DNA of 56,900 nucleotides, from positions 1 to 56,900 of the forward strand of contig JBBDNJ010000297.1 in the NCBI GenBank assembly GCA_040877705.1, read 5' to 3'. The DNA comes from Candidatus Binatia bacterium (GTDB lineage: Bacteria > Desulfobacterota > Binatia > UBA9968). Below are positions 10,761 through 20,840 of this stretch, piece by piece. The notes under the pieces are model-generated. The model saw only the letters and a program-made list of their open reading frames with translations. It did not search any database and had not been told where the DNA came from. Made by a program: the position numbers and the translations under genes. How positions within the stretch are numbered: position 1 is the first letter of the stretch; every line of letters begins with the position of its first letter.

Positions 10761-11870
10761 TTACTTGCTCAAAAGTCGTTTTAGCGCCGCTTCGATCTCA
10801 GGAGGTTGATCGACGACCTGTTTTGCGAGCGCCTGTAATTCTTCGCCGCCGACCGGCCTTATTTCCCAACGTCTTTTCTTGAGCTCATCGGAGAATTCAG
10901 GGTCTTCGAACATCTTCGCAAAGGCGTCGCGGAGAATCTTAACCCGGTCCGCCGGAACACCCGGCGTGGTCACGATCGGACGGGAGCCGAAGCCCCAGAT
11001 GCCCAGGTAGGATTCAACTAGACGGCGCTTCGGCTCGCTGACTTTGTACTGGTCCATGAGCTCAAAAATCGTCGGCACGGCGGGCAGCTTCGAATTTCGT
11101 TTGCGCTCGGTTTGAAGCCAGACTTTGACAAACCCCGTCTTCATCCAGGTTCGAAACGGCTCGCGACCAAAGAATGTGTCGATCGTGATCGCGCGACATT
11201 GAACTTCTCCACGTTCCATCGCCAGGTCTTGCTCCGCACCCCCGGGGTAGCCACTGATGACCTGGAATTTGAATCCCAGTGACTCGCCGAGAAGTCTCGG
11301 GATGTCATAGCCCGAGCTTCCCACTCCCGTCGCCGAGCATTTGGGTGGATCGTTGGTTTGCCGAAGATCATCGAAGGTTTTGTGCGCAATATCGGTTCGC
11401 ATATACAGCAGGTGTCCGCCGCGCTCCGGTGTCATGAGCCAGGAAAACTTGGGCCAATCGAATTTGACTTCCTTACGACCCGTTATCTGTGCCATGAAGA
11501 GCGCGCCGCCGATGGAGCCGAGAGTCAGCCCATCCGGCTTGCTCAGGTTGTAGACATGATTAGCTGCGATCATCGAGCCCGCGCCAGGCATATTCTGCAC
11601 GACAAACCCGGGATTGCCGGGTATATGCTTACCTAGGAACCTGGCGTATGTGCGTGCCCATTGATCGTGACTGTCGCCCGATTGATAGCCGACGACAATG
11701 CGAATGGTTTTCCCTTGGTAAAATGGAGCCTGGCCAAACGCCGGTTCGAGGTTCGAAAAGCTCAGCAGCGCCAAGACCGCGACGCTATAACGTAATACAC
11801 CGGTGAGCTTTGGAATCCGCGCAGACGGGACGGGCTTTAAACTTTTGAACAAGTCACATATTTCATGCAT
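10761..11870 (-). CDS. tctC: TctC/Bug-family periplasmic substrate-binding protein, paralog 1
   Basis: Signal peptide, then FYQGKTIRIVVGYQSGDSHDQWAR...VVQNMPGAGSMIAANHVYNLSKPDGLT, which matches the Bug/TctC pattern. It is a clear paralog of the next four genes. Confidence 0.75.
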   Translation of the reverse strand: MHEICDLFKSLKPVPSARIPKLTGVLRYSVAVLALLSFSNLEPAFGQAPFYQGKTIRIVVGYQSGDSHDQWARTYARFLGKHIPGNPGFVVQNMPGAGSMIAANHVYNLSKPDGLTLGSIGGALFMAQITGRKEVKFDWPKFSWLMTPERGGHLLYMRTDIAHKTFDDLRQTNDPPKCSATGVGSSGYDIPRLLGESLGFKFQVISGYPGGAEQDLAMERGEVQCRAITIDTFFGREPFRTWMKTGFVKVWLQTERKRNSKLPAVPTIFELMDQYKVSEPKRRLVESYLGIWGFGSRPIVTTPGVPADRVKILRDAFAKMFEDPEFSDELKKRRWEIRPVGGEELQALAKQVVDQPPEIEAALKRLLSK

Positions 11871-11997
11871 AACGTGCTACCTCACATCCTTTAGTTATTT
11901 AGCCGGCGAGTTGTCAACCGTGCTACACCTTCGCGCGGCTGGTCGACGATTGCACGGGCAGACAGGCCGTTATCACGACGTTCTTTATTGGTATTTA

Positions 11998-13110
11998 TCA
12001 CTCCCGGCCGATAACCCATTTCATTCGCTTTACGACTTCGGGCGGCTGAACGATTACATCCTTGGCCATCTTCTCCAGCTCTTCCCCGGTAAGCGGAGTA
12101 ATGTCCCAGCGTCGTTTCTTCACTTCGGTTAAAAGCTCCGGATCCTTTAGCGTGTTGCTGTAAGCCTGCCGCAGGACTTTCACGCGCTCGGCTGCAAGAG
12201 CGGGTGGGGCGACGATCGGCCGGCCGAGCAACGCCGCGTTCAAAACGACCCGCCCGAGGCGTTTTCCCGCGTCCGGCGTTTTATGTTGGTCCATCAACTC
12301 ATAGATGGTCGGCACGCTCTCAAGCCGGGGATCGCGTTTTTGTCCCATCTGAACCAGCACGCGCACAAAACCTTTTTTGTGCCAGCTGATGTAAGGTTCT
12401 CGTCCGAAGAAGGTCGCGATAAGTGGCGACCAGCACTGCACCTCATTTCTTTCCAACGCCAGATCGATTTCCGATCCGCCTTGGTAACCGCCGACAATCG
12501 TGTGTTTGAGCCCGAGCGTCTCTTCGAGAAGTCTGGGAATGTAATGGCCCGTGGTTCCCGTTCCTGAACTACCGCAACGCGGCGGCTCCTTGGCTTCGCG
12601 GATATCTTCCACGGTTTTGAACGGTGAATCGGCGCGCATGTAATGAAGCGGCGCGTTTTGTTCCGGCGAGCCGATCCACGTGAACTTGGCCCAATCGAAC
12701 TGCACCTCTTTACGTCCCACGAGCTGATCGAAATAGAGCGCGGGCAGGATCGCGCCGATCGTGAGGCCGTCCGGTTTGGCTAAATTGTAAATGTGATTGG
12801 CTGCCACCATCGAACCGGCGCCCGGCATGTTTTGGACGACGATTTCAGGATTCCCGGGAATATGCTTGCCGTAATGACGCGCCAGTAGACGCGCCCAGAG
12901 ATCATAGCCGCCACCCGAGCTGGATCCAACGATGAGTCTAACCGTCTTGCCTTGGTAAAAAGGAGTTTGGGCGTAGAGGTTGGAGCTCCAAGCCAGCAAC
13001 AGTGCTATGAACAGGAAGAGCGGAGCCTTCAGCTCCACTCTTCTGTGATTCGATCGTGCAGTGAATTTGTCGCCGCGACTTTTCAACCCCGCTCTTGGGC
13101 GCAGACACAT
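11998..13110 (-). CDS. tctC: TctC/Bug-family substrate-binding protein, paralog 2
   Basis: Same architecture and conserved blocks (FYQGKTVRLIVGSSSGGGYDLWAR, VVQNMPGAGSMVAANHIYNLAKPDGLT). The exact start is uncertain. Confidence 0.75.
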   Translation of the reverse strand: MCLRPRAGLKSRGDKFTARSNHRRVELKAPLFLFIALLLAWSSNLYAQTPFYQGKTVRLIVGSSSGGGYDLWARLLARHYGKHIPGNPEIVVQNMPGAGSMVAANHIYNLAKPDGLTIGAILPALYFDQLVGRKEVQFDWAKFTWIGSPEQNAPLHYMRADSPFKTVEDIREAKEPPRCGSSGTGTTGHYIPRLLEETLGLKHTIVGGYQGGSEIDLALERNEVQCWSPLIATFFGREPYISWHKKGFVRVLVQMGQKRDPRLESVPTIYELMDQHKTPDAGKRLGRVVLNAALLGRPIVAPPALAAERVKVLRQAYSNTLKDPELLTEVKKRRWDITPLTGEELEKMAKDVIVQPPEVVKRMKWVIGRE

Positions 13111-13141
13111 GACTGACCTCCAATCAACGTTTTCTAATTGC

Positions 13142-14169
13142 TTACTTTCCCAGCAGCTTTTTGACCCGTTCGACGATATCGGGTGGTGTAGTCATAACCT
13201 CTTTGGCCACGACATCCAGATCTTCACCCTTGGCGGGGTCGATATCCAACCGGCGCCGCTTCGCTTCCGTCCTTAGCGCCGGATCGTTGATCGTTTTATT
13301 GAACGCGTCGCGGATGATCTTGACCCGGTCGGCAGGTACTCCCGGCGGGAGAACGATGGGTCGGCCGATCTCATCGGAGGCCAACACCACGTTGACTAGG
13401 CGCCGGGTGGACTCAGGCGTCTTGTACTTGTCCATGAAATCTTTGAATAGCGGCACGTCCTTGAGCCGTTCATCCGGTTTGCTTCCCGTCTGGTACATCA
13501 CGCGAACAAAATTTTTCTTGCGCCAGGTAATAAACGGCTCACGCGCAAAAAAGCGTTGATGGTAAAAGCCCGGCAAATGACTTCGCCGCGCTCCACGGCC
13601 AGGTCGATGTCAGACCCAGAAATATAGCCGGACACAACATCAAATTTGGTTCCAAACGCATCTTCCATAAGTTTTGGCATGTAATACGCGGATGAAGTGA
13701 CTCCGGTTGCGCCGCACTTCGGCGGTGTTTTGGCGGTGCGGATGTCTTCAACCGACTTGTACGGCGAGTCGGCGCGCATGTACATGAGACTCTTTGAGCT
13801 CACTGGGCTGCCGACCCAGATCAACTTATTCCAGTCGAATTTGACCTCGGGCCGCCCGACGAGCTGCTCGAAATAAAGCGCCGGATAAGTTGCGCCCAAC
13901 GTCAAACCGTCAGGCTTGGCCGTGTTGTAAAACTGGTTTGTGCCAATCAGGCCAGCCGCGCCGACAACATTTTGAACAATAATATTAGGGGTGCCCGGAA
14001 TGTGTTTAGGCATGTATTCCGCAAGCAGGCGCGGGTAGAGATCGTAAACATCGCCCGCTTTGGCGGCGACGACGAACGTGATTGTTTTGCCTTGGTAAAA
14101 AGGGGTTTGAGCGTGAACGCCGATACTCCAAAGGGTGAACAATACGAATGTAATTAAAGCCGAATACAT
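13142..14169 (-). pseudogene. TctC/Bug-family paralog 3, disrupted by a frameshift
   Basis: The N-terminal part (13498-14169) and C-terminal part (13142-13576) are in different frames. Comparison with paralog 4 (AFTITAYFAREPFITWRKK) places the shift in the A6 run at 13547-13552; one extra A would restore AFTINAFFAREPFITWRKK. Confidence 0.75.
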
Positions 14170-14278
14170 TTTGTCCTCCTCGCTTTCAAATAGCAGCTCG
14201 AAAGTTATGCCTCAGTCGCGCCGCGGGGCACCGCGCCACGCTTACTTTATGGGCGGATGCCCCGCGTAAATTTGCCGG

Positions 14279-15307
14279 CTATTTTCCCAGCAGCTTTTGT
14301 ACGCGTTGAACAACCTCGGGGGACGTCGCCATGACCTCCTTGGCCAAGGACTCCAGGGATTGGCCGGTTGCCGGATCCAGCTCCAGCCTTCGTTTCTTTG
14401 CATCCGCCACAATGGCCGGGTCGTTCACGGATTTGTCGAACGCGTCACGGAGAATCTTGAGGCGATCCGCGGGAGTACCCGGAGGAGTGACGAGCGGCCG
14501 ACCGAAAACACCAGCCGCCAGTATCACCTTCGCCAAATTTCTCGGACCCTCTGGAGTCTTATATTTGTCCATGAGTTCGTAAATCGTCGGAACGTTGGCG
14601 ATCTTTTCGTCGCGTTTCATGCCGGTCTGGATGAGGACGTTGGCAAATCCTTTCTTGCGCCATGTGATGAACGGTTCACGCGCAAAGTAAGCTGTAATTG
14701 TGAATGCCCGGCACTGCAGTTCGCCTCTTTCTACGGCCAAGTCAATGTCCTGACCGGAGACATATCCGGAGACGATGTCAAACTTTGCCCCGAGGGTTTC
14801 TTCTATCAGTTTGGGCATGTAATAGCCGGTGGACGTTACCCCCGTGGCGCCGCATTTTGGCGCCGTAGAAGATTTGCGAACATCGACGATGGTTTTATAG
14901 TGCGTATCCGCGCGCATGTACAGCAAGTGATTTGACGTCACCGTGCTGCCGATCCAACCAAACTTGGTCCATTCAAACTTGACTTCCGGTCGTTTGATCA
15001 ATTGTTCGAAATAGAGCGCGGGATAGATGGCGCCGATCGTGAGCCCATCAGGCTTGGCGACGTTGTAGACCTGATTGGCGGCGATCAGCGATGCCGCGCC
15101 GGGCACGTTCTGAATGATAACGTTGGGGTTGCCGGGGATATATTTCGTCAAGTAATCACTCAGCATTCGCGGATAGAGATCGTAAACGTCTCCCGCTTTG
15201 GTGCCAACGATTATGGTAATTGTTTTGCCCTTATAAAAGGGTTCTTGGGCTTGAACCGCCGTGCACCAGAGCAGAAACGAGGTAAGCACGGTAATGGCTA
15301 TTTTCAT
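14279..15307 (-). CDS. tctC: TctC/Bug-family substrate-binding protein, paralog 4
   Basis: 342-aa ORF with a signal peptide and the same conserved blocks as the neighbouring paralogs. Confidence 0.78.
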   Translation of the reverse strand: MKIAITVLTSFLLWCTAVQAQEPFYKGKTITIIVGTKAGDVYDLYPRMLSDYLTKYIPGNPNVIIQNVPGAASLIAANQVYNVAKPDGLTIGAIYPALYFEQLIKRPEVKFEWTKFGWIGSTVTSNHLLYMRADTHYKTIVDVRKSSTAPKCGATGVTSTGYYMPKLIEETLGAKFDIVSGYVSGQDIDLAVERGELQCRAFTITAYFAREPFITWRKKGFANVLIQTGMKRDEKIANVPTIYELMDKYKTPEGPRNLAKVILAAGVFGRPLVTPPGTPADRLKILRDAFDKSVNDPAIVADAKKRRLELDPATGQSLESLAKEVMATSPEVVQRVQKLLGK

Positions 15308-15373
15308 ACGCTTTCACCTCCGAATTTTTATGGTTGCGGCCAACTATAATAAGAACCACGCCTTTTGTTGTCT

Positions 15374-16405
15374 CTACTTTCCGAGGATTTTCTTTACCCG
15401 GGCCAAAACCTCCGGCGGCTGGTCCAAGACCTGCTTTGCCAGCTTCTCGAGGCTTTCGCCACTTGTAGGATCGACGTCCATCTTTCCTTTCTTGGCCTCG
15501 GCAAGCAGCTCCGGATCTTTCATCACCTGATTAAAATCCTGGCGCAGAATTTTTACGCGGTCCGCCGGGATTCCAGGTCCGGCGATGACCGGCCGTCCGA
15601 ACTTCTCGGCAGCCAATATGACCTCGGCAACCCGGCGGCTGGCTTCGGGAACTTTCTCTTTGTCGAAAATCTCGTCGAGTGTTGGAACATCGGGCATCTT
15701 CTCGTGCCGTTTTTCTCCGGTAAAGAGCAAGACTCGGACAAAGTTCTTTTTCTGCCACGAAAGAAAGGGTTCACGGCCATGGAACGGCGACGCGGTCATG
15801 CCTCGGCAGATGACCTCGCCTCTTTCCACGGCCAAGTCGATTTCCGACCCACCGGGATACCCCAATACCGTATCGATCTTGATTCCTGGTATGGTTTCTT
15901 CGAGCAAGCGCGCCAAGATAAAATCGGTGCTCACCGTCCCGGTTGCCCCGCATTTAGGCGGCTCTTTGGCGTTTTTCATGTCGGCGACCGTTTTATACGG
16001 GCTGTCGGTTCGTACATAAAAAAGCACCGGTTCTTGGACCGGCGAACCGATCCAATTAATTTTTCGGATGTCGAACTTCGCTTCGGCGCGGCCAACCAGT
16101 TGGTCCAGGTAGATCGCGCTACTGGGGAAGCCTATCGTCAGGCCATCAGGTTTCGCCACGTTATAGACATAGTTGGTGGCCACCACCGAGCCGGCGCCGG
16201 GCATATTTTGGACAATCATTTCCGGTTTGCCCGGAATGTGATTGGGCAGGTGACGCGACAACAATCTCGCCCAACGGTCATAAAAGCCGCCGGAGGTGAA
16301 GCCTACGACGACCCTGATCTGTTTACCTTGATAGAAAGGCGTCTGTGCATAGAGGTGGGTGCTGAAGGTTAAAAACAAGCCGATAGTGAAAATCAGTATT
16401 GCCAT
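15374..16405 (-). CDS. tctC: TctC/Bug-family substrate-binding protein, paralog 5
   Basis: Same family blocks (FYQGKQIRVVVGFTSGGFYDRWAR, VQNMPGAGSVVATNYVYNVAKPDGLT). The start is placed at ATG 16405 (MAILIFTIG...), behind an AGGAAAGGAAA site. Confidence 0.78.
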   Translation of the reverse strand: MAILIFTIGLFLTFSTHLYAQTPFYQGKQIRVVVGFTSGGFYDRWARLLSRHLPNHIPGKPEMIVQNMPGAGSVVATNYVYNVAKPDGLTIGFPSSAIYLDQLVGRAEAKFDIRKINWIGSPVQEPVLFYVRTDSPYKTVADMKNAKEPPKCGATGTVSTDFILARLLEETIPGIKIDTVLGYPGGSEIDLAVERGEVICRGMTASPFHGREPFLSWQKKNFVRVLLFTGEKRHEKMPDVPTLDEIFDKEKVPEASRRVAEVILAAEKFGRPVIAGPGIPADRVKILRQDFNQVMKDPELLAEAKKGKMDVDPTSGESLEKLAKQVLDQPPEVLARVKKILGK

Positions 16406-16666
16406 ATAAAAATTTCCTTTCCTAACCTGATTTGATAAACCTTGCATTCCCTTAGACGTTCGGATTCCCCGATTCCATTGTACTCACGCGATCGTAAGCG
16501 CGACAAAACCGGCGGCCTTACTTTTATACTTGCCGATATGCATTCAGAACTCCTTTCTTTCGGTTTGATTCGAGTGAGCTTTTTCAACGGCTCGAGAACT
16601 TCGCTGCGCATCATTCGACGTCAAATGGGAGTCCGCGGGGGGATATACTACCGTAGCTAGCTGCGG

Positions 16667-17188
16667 CTATACCCAATCCATCCCGAGCCAAGCAAAGAGC
16701 AATCCTTGCGGAAAGGGAAGAGTTAGTAACTTCACGAACAGACCCCAGAAAAAAATCCAGGCGCACAAAGTAAGGCCAACGGACAAAGGCCAGCTTTCCC
16801 CCGATTGCACTTTGAGATAGAGGAAAACCACCAGGGGGATTCCGATAAAGAATCCCAGGAACCACACGAGAAATAAAAAGCCGAAGAACCAGCCAAACAT
16901 CTCGATGGCGCGTTTTTTAGCTACGGCCGGATCGGTATCCCCGGCAAATTGGAAATCGACCGGAGCGCCATCCGAGGTTTGCTTCGCCTTGACTCCCCTC
17001 AAGTCCAGGATCACCTGGACAATGGCTAGAACAAGCATCGGTATTCCGATCGCCCAGGGATACAGCCGGGCCTGCGGGCGCCAATCCTGCGCCAGATACA
17101 CGAAAACGGCAAAAAATATCAGGGCGCATATACTAAATAGTGCCGGGCCTGTTAACTTCAAAGGGTGCTCCTTCCTGACTATTCCCAT
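16667..17188 (-). CDS. tctB: tripartite tricarboxylate transporter small membrane subunit
   Basis: 173-aa protein with four predicted transmembrane helices, located in the TTT operon. It overlaps the upstream amidohydrolase stop by 10 nt. Confidence 0.7.
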   Translation of the reverse strand: MGIVRKEHPLKLTGPALFSICALIFFAVFVYLAQDWRPQARLYPWAIGIPMLVLAIVQVILDLRGVKAKQTSDGAPVDFQFAGDTDPAVAKKRAIEMFGWFFGFLFLVWFLGFFIGIPLVVFLYLKVQSGESWPLSVGLTLCAWIFFWGLFVKLLTLPFPQGLLFAWLGMDWV

Positions 17189-18201
17189 CCGTATAACTTG
17201 ACGGCGTTATTGCGCATGATCTTGTCCTTCTGATTTTCGCTAATATCTTTTCGCGCTTTCAAATTAGACGTCATCCTCGGGAAGCTGCCGTCCCAGTGAG
17301 GATAGTCCGAGGCAAACAGGATAAGATCCTCGCCGATTCTATCGATAACAAAGGGCAGCGTGGTTTCTTCCGGTTCGGCGGCGTAATACCAATTGCCCTG
17401 GATGATGTATTCGCTCGGTTTCTTTCTCAACAGCGGCGCTTCGGATCGCCGCTTTTCCCATTCTTCATCCATTCTGTCCATCCAATAAGGCACCCAGCCG
17501 CAACCGCATTCCAGAAAAGCCACCTTCAAGTTTGGAAATTTTTCCGCCACCCCGCCGTACATGAGCGCAGCGCAATCTAGCAGAGTTTCAAAGGGTCGTC
17601 CAATGGTGTGGCGGAATAAAAAGGTATCAAAACGAATCTCGCCCGCCGGTCCCTGGCGCGAGTTGTGAATCAACAGCGGCGCATTGGATTTTTGCAGTTC
17701 TTCATAGATTGGCCAGAACATGGGTTGGCCGAGATGCTCTTTCAAGCCGAACGAAGCGACGGCGATGCCCGCGAGGCCGAGTTGGGTAATCGCCCGTTGG
17801 GTTTCTTTGACGGCGGCATCGACGTCTTGAAACGGCACGAGGGCTACCGCTTTCAAGCGCTGGCTCTCGGCGCAGATGCTTGCTACCCAATCGTTATAAC
17901 CGCGGCAGAAAGCCGCCGCGTAATCTTTTTCCGGCAGGGTCGTGACGGCAAAGCCGCTGGTCGGAAAGAGCACCGAGATGTCGATCGCTTCCTTATCCAT
18001 GTCGCGCAATCGGGACGGCACATCGGGAACGTCCATGCCGAGCTTGCCGTACATGCTCGAATCCCACACGTCGTTGGGCAGAAGCCCGCCCCGGCGGCGG
18101 CAGTACGGTTCTGCCATGAATTTACGGATATCGGCATCGCGATCGCGCACGTGACCGTCGGCGTCGATGATCTTAACGTTGGTTAAATCGGGAATAGCCA
18201 T
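17179..18201 (-). CDS. amidohydrolase-2 family metal-dependent hydrolase (ACMSD-like fold)
   Basis: Has IIDADGHV near the N-terminus and SDYPHWD near the C-terminus. The start is placed at ATG 18201 (MAIPDLTNVKIIDADGHV); the ORF track extends to 18348. Confidence 0.78.
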   Translation of the reverse strand: MAIPDLTNVKIIDADGHVRDRDADIRKFMAEPYCRRRGGLLPNDVWDSSMYGKLGMDVPDVPSRLRDMDKEAIDISVLFPTSGFAVTTLPEKDYAAAFCRGYNDWVASICAESQRLKAVALVPFQDVDAAVKETQRAITQLGLAGIAVASFGLKEHLGQPMFWPIYEELQKSNAPLLIHNSRQGPAGEIRFDTFLFRHTIGRPFETLLDCAALMYGGVAEKFPNLKVAFLECGCGWVPYWMDRMDEEWEKRRSEAPLLRKKPSEYIIQGNWYYAAEPEETTLPFVIDRIGEDLILFASDYPHWDGSFPRMTSNLKARKDISENQKDKIMRNNAVKLYGWE

Positions 18202-18916
18202 AAGACTATGTCGCTGCGAAATTCTTTTCCCGTCCTCGCTTATCATAGGCGTGATTGACGGGTCAATGCTGTTTTTGGTTTTTGTAGTAGCAAAGTGATT
18301 CTGACATGCTGTTTTTGTTTTTTTATCGAGCGAATACGTCAAACTCATGACCGAAACATTCCAGCGTAAAGTGATCTACTCTGTGTCTCTTAGTCCCGCT
18401 GGCGATTCGGAGGCTCTTGAAAATCTTCCTTCGCCTTTTGACATAGCTCCGGCGCATTAGTGAGTTAAAGCTCGAAAAGCTCAAATGCTGGATCAAGAAG
18501 GAATGTCAAATTCTGGGACACAACGGATCACGTGTGTTGCGCCGATGGAACATGTTCCGAGCATCAAATCGAGCGCCACCAGCTACTTGACCGAGCAGGA
18601 ATAGATCGTTACGATCTCACGCGTGCATGTCTTGCTCGACAATCGGAACATTCCGAATTGCGGTTAATCCTCTGGCATTTGGTTTGCGATAAAGCTAAAC
18701 GGGCCTTCGGCGCTCTTGTAAACCGTGACTTACACCGCGCTTGAGGTAGCGAAATGGTCTTCAAGGCGGCACCTTTAGTTTGGCGAATGCGTCGAGCAAC
18801 CCTCGGAATTCTTAACAGGAGACTAATCGAGCGCGACCACCTCGCAAAGAAAGCGGAACAGCTGTTGAAATCTCGTCGGCCTGAAGGGCCTCGAGAGCTA
18901 AGAAAGAGGACAAGCG

Positions 18917-19201
18917 ATGAACGAGAACGATTGCCTTTCTCTGGAAAGCGTACGAATACGCGATATCGAGCTCAAGCCCGGTGATCGCGTGCGGTTGCGG
19001 CCGCGCGCCGGCGGCGACATTTTCGACGTCGCGCTCAATGGCAAGACCGCGATTATCGAGTCGATCGAGCAGGATTATGAAAACCAGGCGCACCTCGCGG
19101 TTACGGTGGATGAAGATCCCGGCCGTGATTTGGGCGCGCTACGCCTGCCCGGCCATCGCTTCTTCTTTTCGCCAGAGGAAGTTGAACCGATGGTAGACTG
19201 A
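18917..19201 (+). CDS. small conserved hypothetical protein
   Basis: 94-aa ORF with protein-like composition. No family was recognised with confidence. Confidence 0.35.
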   Translation: MNENDCLSLESVRIRDIELKPGDRVRLRPRAGGDIFDVALNGKTAIIESIEQDYENQAHLAVTVDEDPGRDLGALRLPGHRFFFSPEEVEPMVD

Positions 19202-19324
19202 CGGACCAGGCCGGGCACTATCTGGCAGTTCCTGGACGCCTCTTTGCGATACATGCCTCTGTTTGATTGAGATTTGTGATCGGCGGCATTACGATCCTCT
19301 CCAGTGTCGCTCCGGGCGCGAGTT

Positions 19325-20054
19325 TCACCGCGATCGATTGTCGATGACGGCAACGGCATGAATGCTTTCGGCCAGACGCTTGGCTCGCCCGAGTTGTAGC
19401 GCCAGGAGCGTCCGGTTCATGGCCCAGAAGGGCGAGACCGGCAGGCCTGCCTCCTGTAGAGCACGCGCTACGTAATGATGGCAATGATGAAAAACGTGAT
19501 AGTCGCGAAGAGAGCGATAAAATTCGGACCGGTCCACGGTGGCGATCGGCTCGGCCGCCGCAAGCGTGGAGAGCAGATGGCGCCGAAGCCGCATCAAGCC
19601 GTCATGGCTTAAATAGAAGAGAAACAAGTCGGCTGGAGGTTGAGGCGTTCGAGACGCCCAGAGCCGTTCGTATCGCGCGATTTCCACGGTTCCGTATGTG
19701 GGCCAGAACAGCGCGCGTAAAATGCCGATAATTCCTTGCTGTCCCTCGATGTACCATTGACGCTCCGCGTATCCCCATTCCTCATAGCGGGCTGCCGATT
19801 GGCGGGCCTCGAAAGTCGAGCCCAGTCTCTGGCCGCTCAGGATCGCCGGCCGGCGGTTCGATGTCTATAGTGAACGGGAAGCCGATCATGCCGTGCCAGG
19901 TGTCAAGCGACACATAAATCGGGAACGTATGCTCCCCGGCAGCGGGCGGCCAGAGATCGGGCTGCACGGCGGCGCAGCCGTTGAGCAGAAGGGCAAGGAG
20001 GGGATTGAGGAAGGTAAGGAAAGCGCGGTGAATGAGACCGATGCGTATCACCAT
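19325..20054 (-). pseudogene. DUF2459-like (urease-region conserved hypothetical) gene, apparently frameshifted
   Basis: The N-terminal lipoprotein-like part (LLNGCAAV...YVSLDTWHGMIGFP) occupies 19782-20054. The C-terminal part reads YEEWGYAERQWY...SEFYRSLRDYHVFHHCHHYVARALQEAGLPVS in another frame, open down to 19325. The family assignment is from memory of the motif pattern. Confidence 0.45.
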
Positions 20055-20413
20055 GCGAGCAAGTGTTATCCTTTTTCTAGAAGTTCAGGGCTTCCATTGG
20101 ATGTTGACCCGTCGCAACTCGCATGCCGAGTACGTGTCGTTTTGCGATGAGCGCGTTCTTTTCTTTATCCGCCTTGTTTAACCGTTGCTCTCATCGCCGT
20201 TGTCTCAGGCGCACGAACACATTTTATTATGAGCGCATTTTTATCTTTCCGGAGCGCCGCCGCTTGTTGTATAACGGCTGCGTTCCCAGCGATACCCGGA
20301 TCATCGACAAAGCTAAATAGCTTTCTGAAAGGGACGCGCTGGCAAAGGAGAAATTTTATGTCCACAGTACGATCTCGATTCCCAAAGGGAAGCCGCACCC
20401 TCTTTTCCCCTCA

Positions 20414-20734
20414 GTGCCGGAGCTGGAAAGCTTCGCTAAAGACGACAAGGAGCGGCAGCTGATTAATCTGTTCCGCACATTTATTTACCCGCGCTGGCCC
20501 TATATTTTGCCGCACGGAACACCTGACGAAATCGTCGGCACCTTGCGCGGCGCCATGGCCAAAGCCTTCAAGGACCCGGAGTTTCACAAGGAATTTAAAA
20601 AGCTCATGGCCAACGATCCGACGCCGCTCACCGGCGAGGAATTACAGACGGCCATCAAAGGATTGCCGCGGGACGCCGAAATCGTCGCGCTCTACAAAAA
20701 GTTAGCCGAAGGCGGCCCGCTGCCGCCGCGATAA
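20414..20734 (+). pseudogene. 3' remnant of a TctC-like substrate-binding protein gene
   Basis: The 106-aa ORF aligns only with the C-terminal third of the TctC paralogs (PELESFAKDDKERQL...PHGTPDEIVGTLRGAMAKAFKDPEFHKEFKKL...LTGEELQ). No N-terminal domain was found upstream. Confidence 0.55.
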
Positions 20735-20840
20735 CTTTGCCGCGCTCGATTAAAGTGATCGTGTTCGCGAGCTCGTGTTAAATCGACACCAGCATAAGCG
20801 GCGATCTGATGAATCGATTCGAATCAAGGGAGGAGAAAAA

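Noticed and set aside
14297-16372. Long plus-strand ORFs (14297-14935 and 15365-16372) opposite the TctC paralogs. Similar antisense ORFs occur at 22576-23169, 23349-23912, 6403-6909 and 6428-6925.
   Set aside because: They are shadow ORFs opposite, or in alternative frames of, genes with strong family motifs. They have biased Arg/Ser/Gly-rich composition and no recognisable motifs.
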